From contig OZ024740.1 in the NCBI GenBank assembly GCA_964016885.1, forward strand, positions 197,222,001 to 197,286,000: a stretch of DNA of 64,000 nucleotides, in the 5' to 3' direction. The notes under the pieces are model-generated. The model saw only the letters and a program-made list of their open reading frames with translations. It ran no database searches and was not told where the DNA came from. Source of the DNA: Eledone cirrhosa. Lineage: Eukaryota. This document shows positions 62,267 to 64,000 of the stretch, in pieces. The number at the start of each line of letters is the position of its first letter. Position 1 is the stretch's first letter. Both the position numbers and the translations under genes were made by a program.

Positions 62267-62887
62267 TCAGCAAACAGTGATACAGCTTCCCTTCATGATA
62301 TGATTTTTTTCATGTATAGTTAAACCACTTCTTTCAGTGTATGATTTACCACACATATCACAATGATATGTTTTCTCTCTTGTATGAACGATTATGTGTT
62401 TAGTTAGGTCACTCTTTTGTGAGAATTTTTTACCACAAATATCACAGTCATATGGTTTGTCTCCTGTGTGACTATATTTGTGAATAGTTAAATGACTTGC
62501 TTGAGAGAATGATCTATCACACATATCACAATGATATGGCTTCTCTCCTGTATGACTATACTTGTGTGTAGTTAAGTGACATGTTTGAGAGAAAGCTATA
62601 CCACAGATATCACAGTGATATGGTTTCTCTCCAGTATGAATATGTTTGTGTTTAGTTAAGTTACGTCTTTCAACAAATGATTTACCACAGATATCACAGT
62701 GATGTGACTTCTCCCCTACATGAATGTGTTTGTGAGTAATTAAGAGATTATTTCGAGAGAATGATGTACCACAGATATCACAGTGATGTGAAGTTTTGAT
62801 TTTCTTTTCAATTATCTCACCAGGAAAATCAATCCTTTTGGATTGTATTGTACATTTAACCGGGTTCTCACATAATTCATTTTCCAT
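62267..62887 (-). CDS. C2H2 zinc-finger protein, 6 fingers (paralog C)
   Basis: 206-aa ORF with the same N-terminus and six C2H2 repeats. Confidence 0.92.
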   Translation of the reverse strand: MENELCENPVKCTIQSKRIDFPGEIIEKKIKTSHHCDICGTSFSRNNLLITHKHIHVGEKSHHCDICGKSFVERRNLTKHKHIHTGEKPYHCDICGIAFSQTCHLTTHKYSHTGEKPYHCDMCDRSFSQASHLTIHKYSHTGDKPYDCDICGKKFSQKSDLTKHIIVHTREKTYHCDMCGKSYTERSGLTIHEKNHIMKGSCITVC

Positions 62888-63136
62888 AGTTTTCCTTCTT
62901 TCATCACAACATATTTCTCTTTTTCATATATTTTATTCCCAATAAATATTTCTACCTTTGAATTTCCATCAAACTGTGATCTTTGTTCATATCTGAAGCA
63001 GGTTGTTATCTCCTTTGCAAGTTTGTCTAAGTTTAATTAGACTGTAAGATCATCTTGTAGATATTCCATATAATAAAAAAAAATGTTGCTATTAATCTCA
63101 GTTCAGAGGAAATATTTCAAAATAATTTTACCATAT

Positions 63137-64000
63137 TTTTGTCGACTTGGAGAAAGCCTTCAACAGAGTCTCCCGCTCCATTATCTGGTGGGCTCTTAGA
63201 AAACTAGGCGTTGACGAATGGCTTGTGAGGGCTATACAAGCCATGTATAAAGAAATAGTCAGCAAGGTTAGAATTAACAACGAATATAGTGAAGAGTTTA
63301 GCGTAAAAGTTGGCGTCCATCAGGGCTCTGTTCTCAGCCCCCTACTATTTATTATTGCCCTTCAGGCTATAACAGAGGAGTTCAAGACCGGCTGCCCATG
63401 GGAACTCCTATACGCAGACGACCTGACACTCGTAGCGGAATCAATGGCCGAGCTAGAGAAGAAATTCCAAACATGGAAGCACGGCCTAGAGTCAAAAGGA
63501 CTTAAAATTAACCTGGCTAAGACTAAAGTTCTAGTTTGTAGGAAAGAAAACAAGGCGGCGGTCCCTTCTGGGAAATGGTCGTGCTCGGTGTGTAGGAAAG
63601 GCGTAGGTAGAAACTCCATTTTATGTCCTAAATGCAAAGTATGGGTGCATAAAAGATGTAGTGGGATCACAGGTAAGCTAACTAAGAACATAGATTTTAC
63701 ATGTGGCCGGTGTTCTGGTGCAATAAGTAGCAGCAAGTGCCCACAAAATACTAGCTCTTTCAATTGCGCAGAGGGTTCTATAGAAATAGTGGACAGCTTC
63801 CGTTACCTGGGCGATAAAATCAGCAGTGGGGGAGGGTGCTCTGAACATACAGTAGCTAGAGTCAGAACTGGTTGGAAAAAGTTCAGGGAGGTTATACCAC
63901 TATTAGCTGCTAAAGGGTTCTCCCTAAAAATGAAAGGCAGGTTGTACGATGCCTGCATACGAACAGCAATGTTGCATGGCAGTGAGACCTGGGCATTGTG
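63137..64000 (+). mobile_element. RTE family A, 5'-truncated, runs off the window
   Basis: FVDLEKAF...YADD...PHD-like...FRYLG, matching about 7062-7925. It interrupts sequence homologous to about 44300 and 55030. Confidence 0.95.

Larger units (their letters stand above)
40415..64000. repeat. Tandem segmental duplication: unit A ~40415-48020, unit B ~48020-58580, unit C ~58580 to beyond the window end
   Basis: The same order recurs: Penelope piece, (TA)n, foldback (A and B), CRE-like relic, RTE tail, ZNF gene, minisatellite, CRE pieces, SINE. The junction ...tctcagaagttgataatgcg..gcagtaggtgtccag is shared at about 48020 and 58580. Confidence 0.92.

Overview
AT-rich, repeat-dense animal DNA, most likely an octopus/cephalopod locus (inferred from the KRAB-less C2H2 gene cluster, RTE LINEs with (GAT)n tails and tRNA-derived SINEs). 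The only intact host genes I can support are three tandem paralogous C2H2 zinc-finger genes on the minus strand (8, 7 and 6 fingers), each in a duplicated block of about 8-10 kb. The rest is nested mobile DNA: RTE LINEs (one near full length with a single nonsense codon and a PHD-like finger inside the RT domain), CRE-type RT/RLE elements, Penelope-like elements, a Tx1/L1 relic, a Gypsy relic and solo LTR, a FLYWCH-MULE with TIRs and a 9-bp TSD, a Merlin-like foldback, piggyBac-type MITEs, Helitrons and SINEs. The least obvious signal is eight candidate minimal type-I hammerhead ribozymes from about six unrelated repeat families. Several have long, branched stem II insertions and palindromic stem III loops, and they sit in inverted or direct terminal repeats (Penelope pLTR or retrozyme-like). 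All coordinates were read by eye and may be off by a few bases, more at degenerate boundaries.
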